Assembly: GCF_902148845.1 (NCBI RefSeq)
Contig: NC_043762.1
Coordinates: 28,907,760-28,962,759 of the forward strand
DNA length: 55,000 nucleotides
Source: Salarias fasciatus
Taxonomy: Eukaryota
Direction: 5' to 3'
Of this stretch, positions 35,647 to 46,372 are shown one piece after another. The notes beneath the pieces were generated by a model. It was not told where the DNA came from. It made no database searches and saw nothing but the letters and a program-made list of their open reading frames with translations. Position numbers and translations under genes: made by a program. The stretch's first letter is position 1. The number at the start of each line of letters is the position of its first letter.

Positions 35647-35741
35647 CTGCTCACACACAGTTACGAGAGTGAATGAAAAAGCGAGCCGACATTAAAAATA
35701 CGAGGTCAGGCTGAATGAAGAGGCGGGAGCGTTGAGGTTAC

Positions 35742-35813
35742 CGACAGCGCCGAAGACAAGGATTTATCTTTGGGTGCTTTGCGAAACATTCCAGCGAACA
35801 GACCTCCTTTGTC
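35742..35813 (-). CDS. Array-1 microexon 14, type B (DKGGLFAGMFRKAPKDKSLSSALS)
   Basis: Acceptor tgttttcttttatcag|, donor TCG|gtaacc. 72 nt. Confidence 0.5.
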
Positions 35814-35884
35814 CTGATAAAAGAAAACAACTTAAATATTTCTGTATATTTTAAAAGCTTTAACTTGCGTTTGTCTGTGAGTAC

Positions 35885-35989
35885 CGGTTTGGCCTCTGCG
35901 TTTCTCTCCGGCTTGTGTCGGTCTGCAGACTGCTCCTTCCCTGAGTCGTCTTCTTCTTCACGGGCTTCAGGACTCGGATCTCTGCTCGC
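35885..35989 (-). CDS. Array-1 microexon 13, type D (ASRDPSPEAREEEDDSGKEQSADRHKPERNAEAKP)
   Basis: Acceptor tgtttcctcag|, donor CCG|gtactc. 105 nt. Paralogous to microexon 11. Confidence 0.5.
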
Positions 35990-36151
35990 CTGAGGAAACA
36001 TCGCTCTGATTTCACTCAAGTCTCTGACATAAACCGAAATAAAACAGCTGCACGTCTGAATCATGTGTTGTTGCTGTGCGGACGCCGGTGAGGAATCAGA
36101 GCTTCTGAATTCATGTTAATCATGTGACTCGTGGTGTTTGGAGAGCGTTAC

Positions 36152-36220
36152 CCGAGGAGACTTTCCATCTGCTGCCTTGTGAGGCTTCTTCAGGATGCCA
36201 GAGAGGAAACCTCCTTTTTC
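36152..36220 (-). CDS. Array-1 microexon 12, type B (EKGGFLSGILKKPHKAADGKSPR)
   Basis: Acceptor catttttcttctcag|, donor CGG|gtaacg. 69 nt. Confidence 0.5.
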
Positions 36221-36449
36221 CTGAGAAGAAAAATGTTTCTAGTTATATAAACACATTTTCACAGCACAGCGTCTTGTTTTGGCCCGGACTGCCGCTGGAC
36301 TCATTCACTGAAAAACGTGTTGTTTTTCTGAAAGGCTTAGAATCTGCGATGCTCCGATACATCAACACAAAGAGAAAAGAAAAAACTACAGAAAGATTTT
36401 GTTTGGAAAAGCAGAAGCAGAACTTGGAGGCACTATTGTTGAATTGTAC

Positions 36450-36554
36450 CTGTTTGGGTTCTGCATTGTTTTCAGGCAGGTTCTTCTCTGCAGATTGTTC
36501 CTTTTCTGGACCTGCTTCCTCCGTCCGCGGGTCAGGACTCGGGTCTCTGCCGGG
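36450..36554 (-). CDS. Array-1 microexon 11, type D (PGRDPSPDPRTEEAGPEKEQSAEKNLPENNAEPKQ)
   Basis: Acceptor tttcgtctctcag|, donor CAG|gtacaa. 105 nt. Paralogous to microexon 13. Confidence 0.5.
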
Positions 36555-36885
36555 CTGAGAGACGAAACAACGGGATCATTCTGTGATTCAGGATAACTAT
36601 CAAACCTATCAGAGCGGAGGAGAAACTCATGTTGAGCCCACAGGTTAGAATTTCCCCGCCTTCATCTCCATCAGACCAAACATCAGATCTGAACCGGGCA
36701 AATGACATCTCTCACCGCGATTTGGAAACAAAGCGAGAGAAAAATTCTTAAAGCAAGATAAAATAGAAAAACACACTGGATTAACTGAGCGTGTCCCGTT
36801 GCCACCACCGAGGAAACCACAGCCGAGACAAGAGATGAGGCGCAGCAGCAGCCAGAGAGACACCAGCTCCCACAATGCTTCATAC

Positions 36886-36936
36886 CTTCGGGGCGGACTT
36901 GAAGTGTAACCCCTTCATCACTCCCTTCAGACCGCC
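36886..36936 (-). CDS. Array-1 microexon 10, basic (GGLKGVMKGLHFKSAPK)
   Basis: Acceptor tgtgatcggcag| (weak polypyrimidine tract), donor AAG|gtatga. 51 nt. Confidence 0.35.
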
Positions 36937-37116
36937 CTGCCGATCACAGTATCATCTCACAGTCTGCTTGACAACAGAGGCACACACACCTGAACACACA
37001 CATTCACACAGGGCTGGGCAGACGGGCTTCAGCGACCTTTAACCTGGATTCTGATGTCTCGTATCCCATGAGAATCTATGAGGAACAATGTGGTGTCCAG
37101 CGTTTTGGTGCCTGAT

Positions 37117-37154
<38 letters not shown>

Positions 37155-37174
37155 CCAGTCGAACCCACACATAC

Positions 37175-37249
37175 CGGTTTGCTGCCGGCAGCCTGTTTGA
37201 CTTGGACCTGGTCTGGACTCCCCTCGTCGGCGTTCGGACTCAGGTAGTT
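37175..37249 (-). CDS. Array-1 microexon 9 (NYLSPNADEGSPDQVQVKQAAGSKP)
   Basis: Acceptor gtcctctgcag|, donor CCG|gtatgt. 75 nt. A (CA)n repeat lies just downstream in the intron. Confidence 0.4.
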
Positions 37250-37974
37250 CTGCAGAGGACAAACAGCAGCTGTTGACCCTCAGAGTTCGGCAGAAAGCCT
37301 CAAACTCAGCGAGAGTCAGTGATTCCTCTACGTCTCAGCTCAGGAGATCTTCATTTACTCTCCAAGTTACCGAGACGACTGAGTCAGGAACGGCAGCTTC
37401 AACCTGCTGACACACTCCTACTGCATGGCTTTGTGCATGATCGTTCACACCCACACACACACACACACACACACAAACTCATCTGAAACCAGTTCAGCAG
37501 AGACAACAACAGATCTTCTCTGTATTTAAACATCGTTTCCACACAGAGAGACGTCCTGGTGTTCCGTCTTCTTCTCATTTCAGGAAACGCCCGTCTGGAC
37601 TTCTGGATGGAGAAACTCATCGTTTCACTACTTTGATGCTTCCTCTGAACGTTCATTTTTAAAGTAGAAGTCTGAAATTAGCATCAGACCTTCTGAAATC
37701 CTTTTACACTCCTAATGAACGGTGGTTATTGTTCAGGAAGATGGACATCAAACTAAATTTGCATGAAACAAATGACGCTCAGCTCAGAATCCAAAAGCAG
37801 AGCTGAAAACTGACTCGGTCATACAGAGAGTTTCGTCCAGTCTATTCAAGGCCCCGTTTACACGACAACATCACAAGTGGAAACGCATCAGACCTTTCGT
37901 TTGACAGCAGAAATACTGGAAGCGTCTGAGAGCCTTTCTCAGGCTGTGGAACTTTCAGGTTGTGCTTTTCTTAC

Positions 37975-38040
37975 TGTGAACGTAGGAACTTTCCCTTTTT
38001 GGCTCCGCTGAAACATCCCAGCCACTCCTCGCTGATTACT
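37975..38040 (-). CDS. Array-1 microexon 8, type B variant (SNQRGVAGMFQRSQKGKVPTFT)
   Basis: Acceptor gtgtgatattgcag|, donor ACA|gtaaga. 66 nt. Confidence 0.45.
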
Positions 38041-38133
38041 CTGCAATATCACACCAGAAAACAAAGCACGGCGTTGTCTGTAATCCAGAAAGACGAGGTC
38101 AGAACTGGGGGCTGAAGGCTGAAGGAGGAATAC

Positions 38134-38181
38134 CGATTTGAGGTCTGCTTCGTCTCGGGGATCCTCTGCTTGAGCCGATTT
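38134..38181 (-). CDS. Array-1 microexon 7, acidic (KSAQAEDPRDEADLKS)
   Basis: Acceptor tctctcttctctctcag|, donor TCG|gtattc. 48 nt. Confidence 0.45.
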
Positions 38182-38235
38182 CTGAGAGAGAAGAGAGAGA
38201 AACTGAGCAACTGGTGAAGAGAAGCTGTTTTCTAA

Positions 38236-38240
<5 letters not shown>

Positions 38241-38283
<43 letters not shown>
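38241..38283 (+). repeat. (TG)n microsatellite in the array-1 intron
   Basis: gtgtgtgt run. Confidence 0.95.
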
Positions 38284-38285
<2 letters not shown>

Positions 38286-38345
38286 CTGTGTGCCCTCGAC
38301 CTCGGCCCTCCTGAGCTGCCTGGAGACAGTGGTTGAGCTCATTTC
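38286..38345 (-). CDS. Array-1 microexon 6 (EMSSTTVSRQLRRAEVEGTQ)
   Basis: Acceptor gtgttttgtgcag|, donor CAG|gtacac. 60 nt. A (TG)n repeat lies in the downstream intron. Confidence 0.4.
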
Positions 38346-38518
38346 CTGCACAAAACACACAAAGGAACCAAAAAGAAAAGAAACATCAAGCGGCGCTCTC
38401 ACGTTCAGCTCTAAAATCCATATGAATCTGATTAATGACGATTTTTAAAACAATAAAAGAAAAGCATGTGTTGGATCTCACGTATATCTAAATAGAGACC
38501 GTCTTGGGGGGCGTCTAC

Positions 38519-38581
38519 CTTTTCGGTGGGCCTGGGAGGAATCACTGGAGTTGCAGGCAGCTTCACGTTTCCATTTGCTTG
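38519..38581 (-). CDS. Array-1 microexon 5, Pro-rich (QANGNVKLPATPVIPPRPTEK)
   Basis: Acceptor attttgtag|, donor AAG|gtagac. 63 nt. Confidence 0.4.
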
Positions 38582-38852
38582 CTACAAAATAATTCAGAAT
38601 CAAGGTTAGCATGACTAACCTAATAGGTCGTACTGTCATTCACAAAAAACACTTTTAGCTTTACATTCAACATTATTTTTCAATAGATGTTCCTCAAAAC
38701 ACCAGAACCCCTCTGTAACTGACAGTTCTGACACCTTCAGACAGTTTACTGGAACTTCTCACACGAAAAGCTTGAACTCAGAATCCACTGTAACCGTTTG
38801 TTCATTAAAGGAAACCGTCAGAAACAGACAGAAATAAAGGATTCAGTGACAC

Positions 38853-38906
38853 CTCATCGAAGACGGCGGCCAGTTGTTTCACTCTGTACTGTGTGTGAAC
38901 CAGCTC
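38853..38906 (-). CDS. Array-1 microexon 4 (ELVHTQYRVKQLAAVFDE)
   Basis: Acceptor gtgttttctgtgcag|, donor GAG|gtgtca. 54 nt. Confidence 0.4.
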
Positions 38907-39199
38907 CTGCACAGAAAACACACAAGAAGAGCTGACATGTTATTTTTCTCCAGTAAAACCCGTTTATAACGGCGCTGGCACCGTCTCCTTTTGGAACAAC
39001 ACCGAACGGACGCGTCACAGAAAACTGCCTGAATCCCTGTAAACTAAAAAAAAACTAAACTCTGATCAAATCAACAGGTTTGGTGCAGCGTTGTGTTGTA
39101 GTGGTGAGACGATTGAGAAGCTCATAAACAGGAGGTCTCTGCTGAATCTCTTATGGCCAGGCTGCTGTCGGCACTCAGGCTCGTTTGCGGTGGACTCAC

Positions 39200-39268
39200 G
39201 GCGTCTGTCGGCCGCGGCGGCGGCGCTGGAGCTGGTTTCTCAGGTCTCTCCGCCTCGTATCGTCCAAT
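39200..39268 (-). CDS. Array-1 microexon 3, Pro-rich (IGRYEAERPEKPAPAPPPRPTDA)
   Basis: Acceptor ctgtgtttacag|, donor GCC|gtgagt. 69 nt. Confidence 0.4.
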
Positions 39269-39353
39269 CTGTAAACACAGTTCCGTCATCTCTCCAACAT
39301 CCTGAAGCCAGGGGTTGAAACCGACCGGTCGACCTCAGGACTGATACTCTACC

Positions 39354-39380
39354 TCTGGAGGCTTCGGCGGCGCCGTCCTC
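39354..39380 (-). CDS. Array-1 microexon 2, 27 nt (RTAPPKPPE)
   Basis: Acceptor ctcctctctcctcgtcacag|, donor GAG|gtagag. 27 nt. Confidence 0.35.
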
Positions 39381-39677
39381 TGTGACGAGGAGAGAGGAGA
39401 AAACACGGCGTGAGAACGGCACGGCGGGTTCTCCATCCGATCATACTCGGTTCATCAGAATCCAAATGAAGAGTAATGGCAGTGAGAGCTCCACAGAAAC
39501 ATCCGATCAGTCTGAACACGTTGAAATGTTTGCTTTGATTTCCAGGATGTGAAAATCAATGAAACAGGATGTGAGTCCTCGGTTGTGTGTTTTCAGGTTT
39601 TCCAGCGGTGAGATGGAACCATCACACACTGCACATGCAGCGTCAGATCAGTGCATGCACGAAATGTGGCAGTTTTA

Positions 39678-39678
<1 letters not shown>

Positions 39679-39748
<70 letters not shown>
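39679..39748 (+). repeat. (TG)n microsatellite, about 35 units
   Basis: gtgtgt run. Confidence 0.95.
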
Positions 39749-39755
<7 letters not shown>

Positions 39756-39763
39756 ATTCTCAC

Positions 39764-39817
39764 CGGCCTGGGTTTGGGCTTCTTCTTGGCCTCAGGTTTC
39801 ACCATGCAGGCCTCCAT
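39764..39817 (-). CDS. Array-1 first coding exon with a Kozak-context ATG (MEACMVKPEAKKKPKPRP)
   Basis: gcaggATGG at 39817. Frame open to donor CCG|gtgaga. Stop codons in the other two frames. A (TG)35 repeat lies in the intron immediately downstream. Confidence 0.4.
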
Positions 39818-40439
39818 CCTGCCTGCTGCAGCGACACACACAGATTGCACATCATGCAGGGTAGTTAAACTCCGCTGGGGCTTAGTGTCTTGCTCAAGGA
39901 CACTTTGACACACGGACAGGACAAGGTGGGGGATCGCACCGCCGACCGTGAGAGTGGAAACAAATTCACTCGACCAACTGATCCACTGCTAAATCACAGA
40001 ACTGTCACGTCTGAACCAACAAAATCTGTTGCATCTCAGTGCAACTCCATCTGTTTAGGTCTGCTCTTTCCTTTGGTCCTGATCGAGACATAAAGGGTTA
40101 AACAGGACCAGTCTCAGGTGTGTGTGTCTGAAGTGAAGACATGTCCCAATGGTGTCCCTCCGTCTTGTCCAGACTTGTTTCAGGTTTTGAGTTGCCTTTT
40201 GACACAACAATAACGGACTGTTCCACATATATTGATTCATTAAGGGAAAATCTTTCAGTTGCATTTGTTAACAAGAAGCCTATTCGAGGTCACAATACGT
40301 GAAGCATGTTGGATTTCTGCCGATTTCTGAAATGCTTCTATTTTTATTTTGCATTCATCAAAAAACAACAAGAAATTTGGAAAAACTCAGCTGGAAACAA
40401 ACAGAAGCAATGTAAACAGAACCATTCATTCATTTTCTA

Positions 40440-40795
40440 CCGCTGGTCCCTTTCGGGGTCACGGGTGGCTGGAGCCGATCCAGCTGCTGTGGGCAAAGGC
40501 AGTGTCACCCTGGACAGGTCACCAGTCTGTCGCAGGGCTGACATACACAGACATACAATCATTCATACCTAGGGGCAACTTTAGGGTGACCAATTAACCT
40601 GACGTGCATGTTTTTGGACCGTGGGAGGAAGCCGGAGAACCCGGAGAGAACCCACGCACACACGGGGAGAACATGCAAACTCCACACAGAAAGGCCCCAA
40701 ACCCTGGCCAGTATTTGAACCCAGGACCTTCTTGCTGTGAGGCATGAGCGCTAACCACTGCACCACCGTGTGGCCCGAGAAACTACTGTAAGAAG
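40440..40795 (-). mobile_element. tRNA-derived SINE copy (common teleost family), minus orientation
   Basis: tRNA-like head on the minus strand: GGTGCAGTGGTTAGCGCTCATGCCTCACAGCAAGAAGGTCCTGGGTTCAAATAC (D-loop TGGTTAGCGC; T-loop GGTTCAAAT). Body ...GAGTTTGCATGTTCTCCCCGTGTG...CAGCCCTGCGACAGACTGGTGACCTGTCCAGGGTG...GCTGGATCGGCTCCAGCC. Confidence 0.8.
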
Positions 40796-40799
40796 CATA

Positions 40800-40904
40800 A
40801 TAGTCATTATATAAACACACACATATGTATATTATATATACACACACACATACACACACACACATATATATATATACATACATATATATATATATATGTA
40901 TATG

Positions 40905-40935
<31 letters not shown>

Positions 40936-41010
40936 ATAGATAGATAGATAGATAGATATAGATATAGATATATATATATATATATATACAGTATATAGAT
41001 AGATATAGAT
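40800..41010 (+). repeat. Compound microsatellite (TA)n/(CA)n/(TATG)n/(GATA)n adjacent to the SINE
   Basis: atatatatacatacatatatatatatatgtatatgtatatg...gatagatagatagatagat... Confidence 0.9.
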
Positions 41011-42295
41011 ATATAAATGTTAAAATGTTTTTTAGTTAATATCACACTGTATTGTGAGATAAATAGTTCTCGTTAACGTGTCTGCAATCTTCAAAGGAAG
41101 GCTAAAGTCTATTTAAACATATTTATTTGAAATGGTAAATGACGTAAACAGTTTCAAGAGTTCTGACTCTTAACTCTGTGTGTATTCTGGTTAGTTTGAC
41201 ACCACTTAGCCATAAATCTGATGGTATAAATGACAAGGACTGATTTACACTGATGAGAAGTCTCCTTTAAAATAAGGAAGCTTGAGTCACACATAATTGA
41301 GAGCCTGATAGAGAAATTAAAACTCACTAGGCCACACAGAAAAACAACAGCAACCGGTAAATGTCATGTTTGTTATATATTACATATTATCTGAATTAAT
41401 CTGATGATAAATGATCTGTGTAGAATCTGTACTGCAGCTCAGAGATAAACAAGCCTCCATGTTCAATAAGCTTCACTCACTGACAGGGGTTTATGAGTGA
41501 ATGAAGCCAGGAGTCCACAGTGTTTCCCTCTGAAGGACATGTAGAGCAGGTCTCGATTTGTTCAGACCAAATAATGAACTGACTGATGAATATTTGACAC
41601 TTCAGTGTTTCAGTCAAACTCAGTGAGTTGCGCAGAGGCTGGAAGATTCAGGTTCAAGCTCCCAACTCCTGTAAAAACCACGCTGTGAGTGTAAATACAG
41701 TAAATAAATCACTTTCCGTGGTCACTTCTGTTTAGCTTTGGAGCTAAAAACGTTTATCTAGCTGGCAGATTCCCGAAGGCACAAAAATGAAGATGACACG
41801 TCAAACAAAGTGACTTTAAACGTTTTAAAAACAATAAAACATAAACCCGGCCAGCGGGAGTTTACTTACAGGTGATCTAGAGACGCGTTCAGGCCGCTAC
41901 GCCTCCAGTTTGAGAGGAAAAAGGCTAAAAGCCGAGAGGAGCCGTCGCCTCCCGCACTGTCAACACATTCCCAGGAGTTTTAAAAACTTCACCACACCCT
42001 CAACATCTGCAGCGCGACGCCTTCACGGGCAGCGCCGCGGCTCGGAAATCCCAGCATTACAGCCGCCACCGTCGCTCACGTCCACTCACGGCTTTTTGAG
42101 GGGAAATTAAAAAGAAAATAGTAATTATATATATATTAAAAAAAAAAACGTTTTTCATGTTGAAAACAGAAAAAAGAATATATTTAAAGAATAAATTTGA
42201 TACACCCGCGATGAATAATCTATTTGAAATAATTTTCTTATTAAAATAAAGTTCAAAAAGGATAATTTCCCTCCATAAAATGAAAAACAATGAAG

Positions 42296-42625
42296 GGGGT
42301 GGCAGTGGTTTGCACTCTTGTTTTAAATACCTGAGGCTCTTTTTGTGCGGAGTTGGCATGTGTGTGTGAGTTTCCTCTGGGCACTAATGTTTCCTTCCAC
42401 AGTCAAAAAACAGGCCTGTGAAGTTTATTGGTGACAATAAATTGCCTCTCAGTGTGAGTGTGTGTGGTTGTCTGTTGCCCTGTGTTGGACTGGCGACCTG
42501 TCCGGGATCTATTCAGCCCACACCCAAAGTAAACTGGGACTGGCTCCGGCGCTCCACAAGAGCTTTTGCTGCACAGGATGATAATGTGGTACAGAAGATG
42601 AATGGATGGATGTAATCCCTTCATC
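42296..42625 (+). mobile_element. Second, more diverged copy of the same tRNA-derived SINE family, plus orientation
   Basis: GGTGGCAGTGGTTTGCACTCTTG...GCGGAGTTGGCATGTGTGTGTGAGTTTCCTCTGGG...GGTGACAATAAATTGCC...GTTGCCCTGTGTTGGACTGGCGACCTGTCCGGG...CTGGGACTGGCTCCGGCGC. Colinear with the 40440-40795 element but inverted. Confidence 0.65.
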
Positions 42626-45246
42626 CATGTGGTCGTCTTTGTTTCATCTGTGTTTTTCCCCTGCTTACAACATCACTCTTTGTTTCAAAAATATTATTTA
42701 CTGCAGAAGCACAAGCATCTTTATCTTTTTCCATTTTGAACTTGCAGTCTTCAATTTTTCATAAAAAGTTCTATGAAACTGTAATGCAGACATGGAGTAA
42801 AAGATAAAGGATTAATGCAATAATATAATGTATTATAATTAAGAAGCATGCTAGAAATCTACACTTTATAAAGATATAACTTAATTTCTGTATAGAAAAT
42901 GGAATTTCTTTTAAATAGCATGGACTTTGGGAGTTAAAGAGCAGAATGAGGGGGAAACCAGAAGAAACCTCTTTAATTATGAGAATGCAATAATATATAA
43001 ACTCAAACTCATTTCAGTCTGGGACAGCTGCTGATGCAGGTCCACTTCCCTTGTCAGGTTCCTGTGACCTTTATCTCTACCTGGCTTTCACCTGCGTCCA
43101 CATTAGGTAACACAGATTTCCCACACCACGTGAAGGCAGCGTCGCTTCACCAGTGGAACAAAGCATCTTAAACAGGAAAACACGCCCAGACAGCTCCTGA
43201 GCCCCGGATCCTCCCAACAAAACCTGTTACATGATCAGGAGAGTCACCGCACCAACAAAGACGGAAAGCCAGTCCACGGCTCACCTCGACTCACAGCAGA
43301 AGATGGGGGGAAGGACAGGAGCTGCCAGCCTTTGTCTCTCTCCAGCCTTCTGTGGACTCACCTGGGAGAGGGCGTGGCCAGTGTGAGGGTTACCTGAGAG
43401 ACTGACTCACCAGTTTCACAAGAATCATGTGAATACTTCTGAAACATGACGAGGGTTGCTCCAAAAATAGAAATAAAAAACCCTCAGTCATCCAGACAGA
43501 AACCGTCAGTGACTGGAGTGAGTCACGGTGGATTTTCAGATCACACATCATTTTAATTTGATCACACATCATTTTAATCAATCAGTGAGTCAATCAATCT
43601 TCTGTTCATCTCTGCTTTATTCTGTTCAGGGTCACAGAGCGCTGGAGGTGAAGGCAGAGCATCATGTCTGTGCATCATTCCAAGCTTCATGAATAAATCA
43701 CTGTAGTTTCACTGGAAACCTTTAAAGTCTCTAAACTAGACACGAAGGCCTCGATCCAGACCAGACAGCTCAGCTGTACCTGGATCCTGAAAGATTTACA
43801 TTTTTTAGCCACAACATGTAATCAAGATGCGGAATTTAAAATTTAAATTGAGTATATGATTTCATATAATGACTCTTTGTGGGTCTTTACTGGCAGATCT
43901 CCATTCCTTAAATACGTTTTTTTTAATTGACTTTTAACTCTTCAAATTGTGCCTGTGGTATTTTTTAGACTTGATCAGCACTCTGGGTTATTTGAAAACA
44001 AGACCAAAAAAAAATCTTCAGCCGAGAAGAAGACTCAATTCTGCTTAGAATAACTGGATTGATCAAACCGCAACTTCAATATTTAAAACAGAACTATACT
44101 TTCTGAACTTAATCTGACCTTTCTAAACTCTGCAACTTTTGAAACCTAAACATGGACAATTTAGTTTCAGGCCATTAGAGGTACATGTGGACTCCTCAAA
44201 CTGAACCAGACACTGTAAACAGACCTCATGCTTGTAAAACAATAAATCTAATCTATCTTTCATCAGAACCCCATAAACCAGAGCTTTTCTTAAAGTTAAT
44301 ATGCAAATCTGAAATAAAAAATCTCTGTGTTCTCCCCAGTCTGTAGAATAAAAGCTCTATAGCTGTCACATAATCTTAATGTGAACCTTGTCATTTTTGA
44401 TCCCAGCCTTGCTTTTCCTCTCCTCCGCTGCCGTTTCTTCTCCCCTGACTGCAGAGCTGGAGGTGTGGTCGACACACAGCTGACTTGCAGCCTCGTCGCC
44501 AGGAGAACGTTTTCTTGTTGCTGCTTTGTTTGTTCGGCCTTTTTGTGTGTTTATGAATTAACCGTACGTCACATCTACGAAACGACACGAGTGACGACAG
44601 AGCAGTGAAAAAAATAAATCAACAAGCCTGAAGAGATGCTGCTTTTCGACGGGTACACACTCGAGGAGACATCCCTCACCTGCTTATCTCAGAGTGCCGG
44701 AATGAGAGCAAACAGCGGTGAAGTCCATGCAGACTGGCCGAGTCAATACCGGCTCACTTCAGCGCACGGTGCGAGTGTTTACACATCCGCAGGTAGCAAA
44801 TGAAAACAGACGGGAGGTGATGCTAAGGCCTTTAATCTCACATTTACATTCAATTCTCTGAAACTTTTCATAGTATTGCACATAAAAAGGAATCAGTGAA
44901 TAAACACGTCCGCCCTGAACGGAGGAAAATAAATAAAAATGACGTATTCTGACTACAGCGGGGAGCACAAGTGACATGTGGAAGAACAACAGCAGTGTCA
45001 ACAGGAGTAAACATGATAAAGAAAAGAAAATCAGCAGAGACCAGCAGCGCCGCTCAGCTCTGACTGGTTTACTGAGGCCGTCTAATTCTGCATCTGGAGA
45101 GCATTAAAACATTCCAGCCGAGAGAAAACGGGAGGCGAATGAGGAAACACGGCGAGGCGTCACGAAGGGCTCGAGGCGTTATGAATATAAAGGCACTAAG
45201 CGGCCTCTGCGTTCCCATCAGGCCACAGTGTTTCAGTGTCTCAGGC

Positions 45247-46219
45247 TCAGACGTACTCCCTGTTCTCATACTCCTTCTTGATGGCCTTCTTGATGCGGTC
45301 GATCTCGTCCTCGCTGGAGCTGTCGCGGTGGTCGTGGTCGTCTTTCTCCTTCTTCTCCTCCTCCTGGTTGGCGTTCCCGGCCGGAGCGTCCTCGGCCCTG
45401 CCCTCCGGCGTGGTGGACTGCAGCTCCTCCCGGATGGTGTTCAGCTCCACCAGGCCGTCGTGCAGCTGCGTCGCCACCTCCCGGATTTTGGCGGCAAACT
45501 CCGACTTGGCGCCTTTCTTGAGGATTTTGGAATCCTTGGCCACGAAGTAGATGTCCATGCCCACGAAGAGTCCGGTGAGCACGCCGGTGGCCATGCTGGC
45601 GATCTGCACCGCCCTGGCCGCCGTGCTGCCCGCCACGTTGGCGATCTGCACCACGCGCATGATCTCGTTGGCGTTGATGAGGATGGCCTTGCCCGCCATG
45701 GCGCCGTCCTCGTAGAAGCTGCTGGTGAGCGCGGGGAAGTCCTGGTTGTAGGCGTGGTTCTTCATCTTCATCAGGTCGAAGCGCCGCAGGTTCTCGATGC
45801 CTTGCTTGATGAACTTCAGGCACTTGTTGAGGTCGGCGATCTTCTCCTGGTAGTCCTCCACGATCTTCTCCACCTTCTTGCGGTCCATGGAGTTGTTGAC
45901 CTGGTTGGAGATGCCGGCGCCCGCCGACGTCAGGCCGCCCGCCGTGGCGATGCCCAGCCCCACCGCCGTCACGATGAGGGAGGTTCCCATGGTGACGGGC
46001 GCCAGGGCCAGGCCGGTGATGGTGGCCACGCCCCCGATGGCGCTGGTGGACCCCCCGGTGATCTGGGCGATCTTGGTGTTCTTGTTGAACTTGTCGAGTC
46101 CGTCTGCGATGGCGTTGAGGTCGATGACGTGCTGCCACAGCGACTCGGCGCGCTCCGAGAACAGCTTGTTGAAGACGCGGATGCCTTTCTGCACCTTGTC
46201 CGCCGTGACGGCGAAGGCC
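45247..46219 (-). CDS. APOL-B terminal coding exon: complete APOL domain without an intron (...AFAVTADKVQKGIRVFNKLFSERAESLWQHVIDLNAIADGLDKFNKNTKIAQITGGSTSAIGGVATITGLALAPVTMGTSLIVTAVGLGIATAGGLTSAGAGISNQVNNSMDRKKVEKIVEDYQEKIADLNKCLKFIKQGIENLRRFDLMKMKNHAYNQDFPALTSSFYEDGAMAGKAILINANEIMRVVQIANVAGSTAARAVQIASMATGVLTGLFVGMDIYFVAKDSKILKKGAKSEFAAKIREVATQLHDGLVELNTIREELQSTTPEGRAEDAPAGNANQEEEKKEKDDHDHRDSSSEDEIDRIKKAIKKEYENREYV stop)
   Basis: Acceptor cctcttcctcgcag| (phase 2). Hallmark APOL membrane-hairpin and GAKSExAxxxxExAxxL motifs. Stop TGA at 45247-45249. Confidence 0.8.
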
Positions 46220-46372
46220 CTGCGAGGAAGAGGCCGGGGTCAGCACACTGAGACGGTTCTGATGCTTCACATTTCTACCCTCCACTGCAGCGATGAGGCG
46301 CATTTCAGACGAGAACCAAACACACTCCTCAACTGACCTTAAATCATGACGTATGAAGTGCGGTTCACTTAC

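Noticed and set aside
36560-36880. Possible additional array exons between array-1 microexons 10 and 11 (minus ORF 36645-36875 and others), and in gaps at 34100-34740 and 37250-37970
   Set aside because: No segment with both a plausible AG acceptor and a GT donor that preserves phase 0 and array-like composition was found. The array exon list is therefore a minimum.
43528-43582. Direct duplication of about 24 bp (gatcacacatcattttaat x2)
   Set aside because: A single tandem duplication in intergenic AT-rich DNA, with no further structure or coding context.
45139-46303. 370-aa plus-strand ORF and 345-aa alternative minus-frame ORF overlapping APOL-B
   Set aside because: GC-rich antisense and out-of-frame ORFs with Arg/Gly/His low-complexity composition. 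The APOL-like frame (ORF 45247-46194) is the only one with recognisable family motifs.
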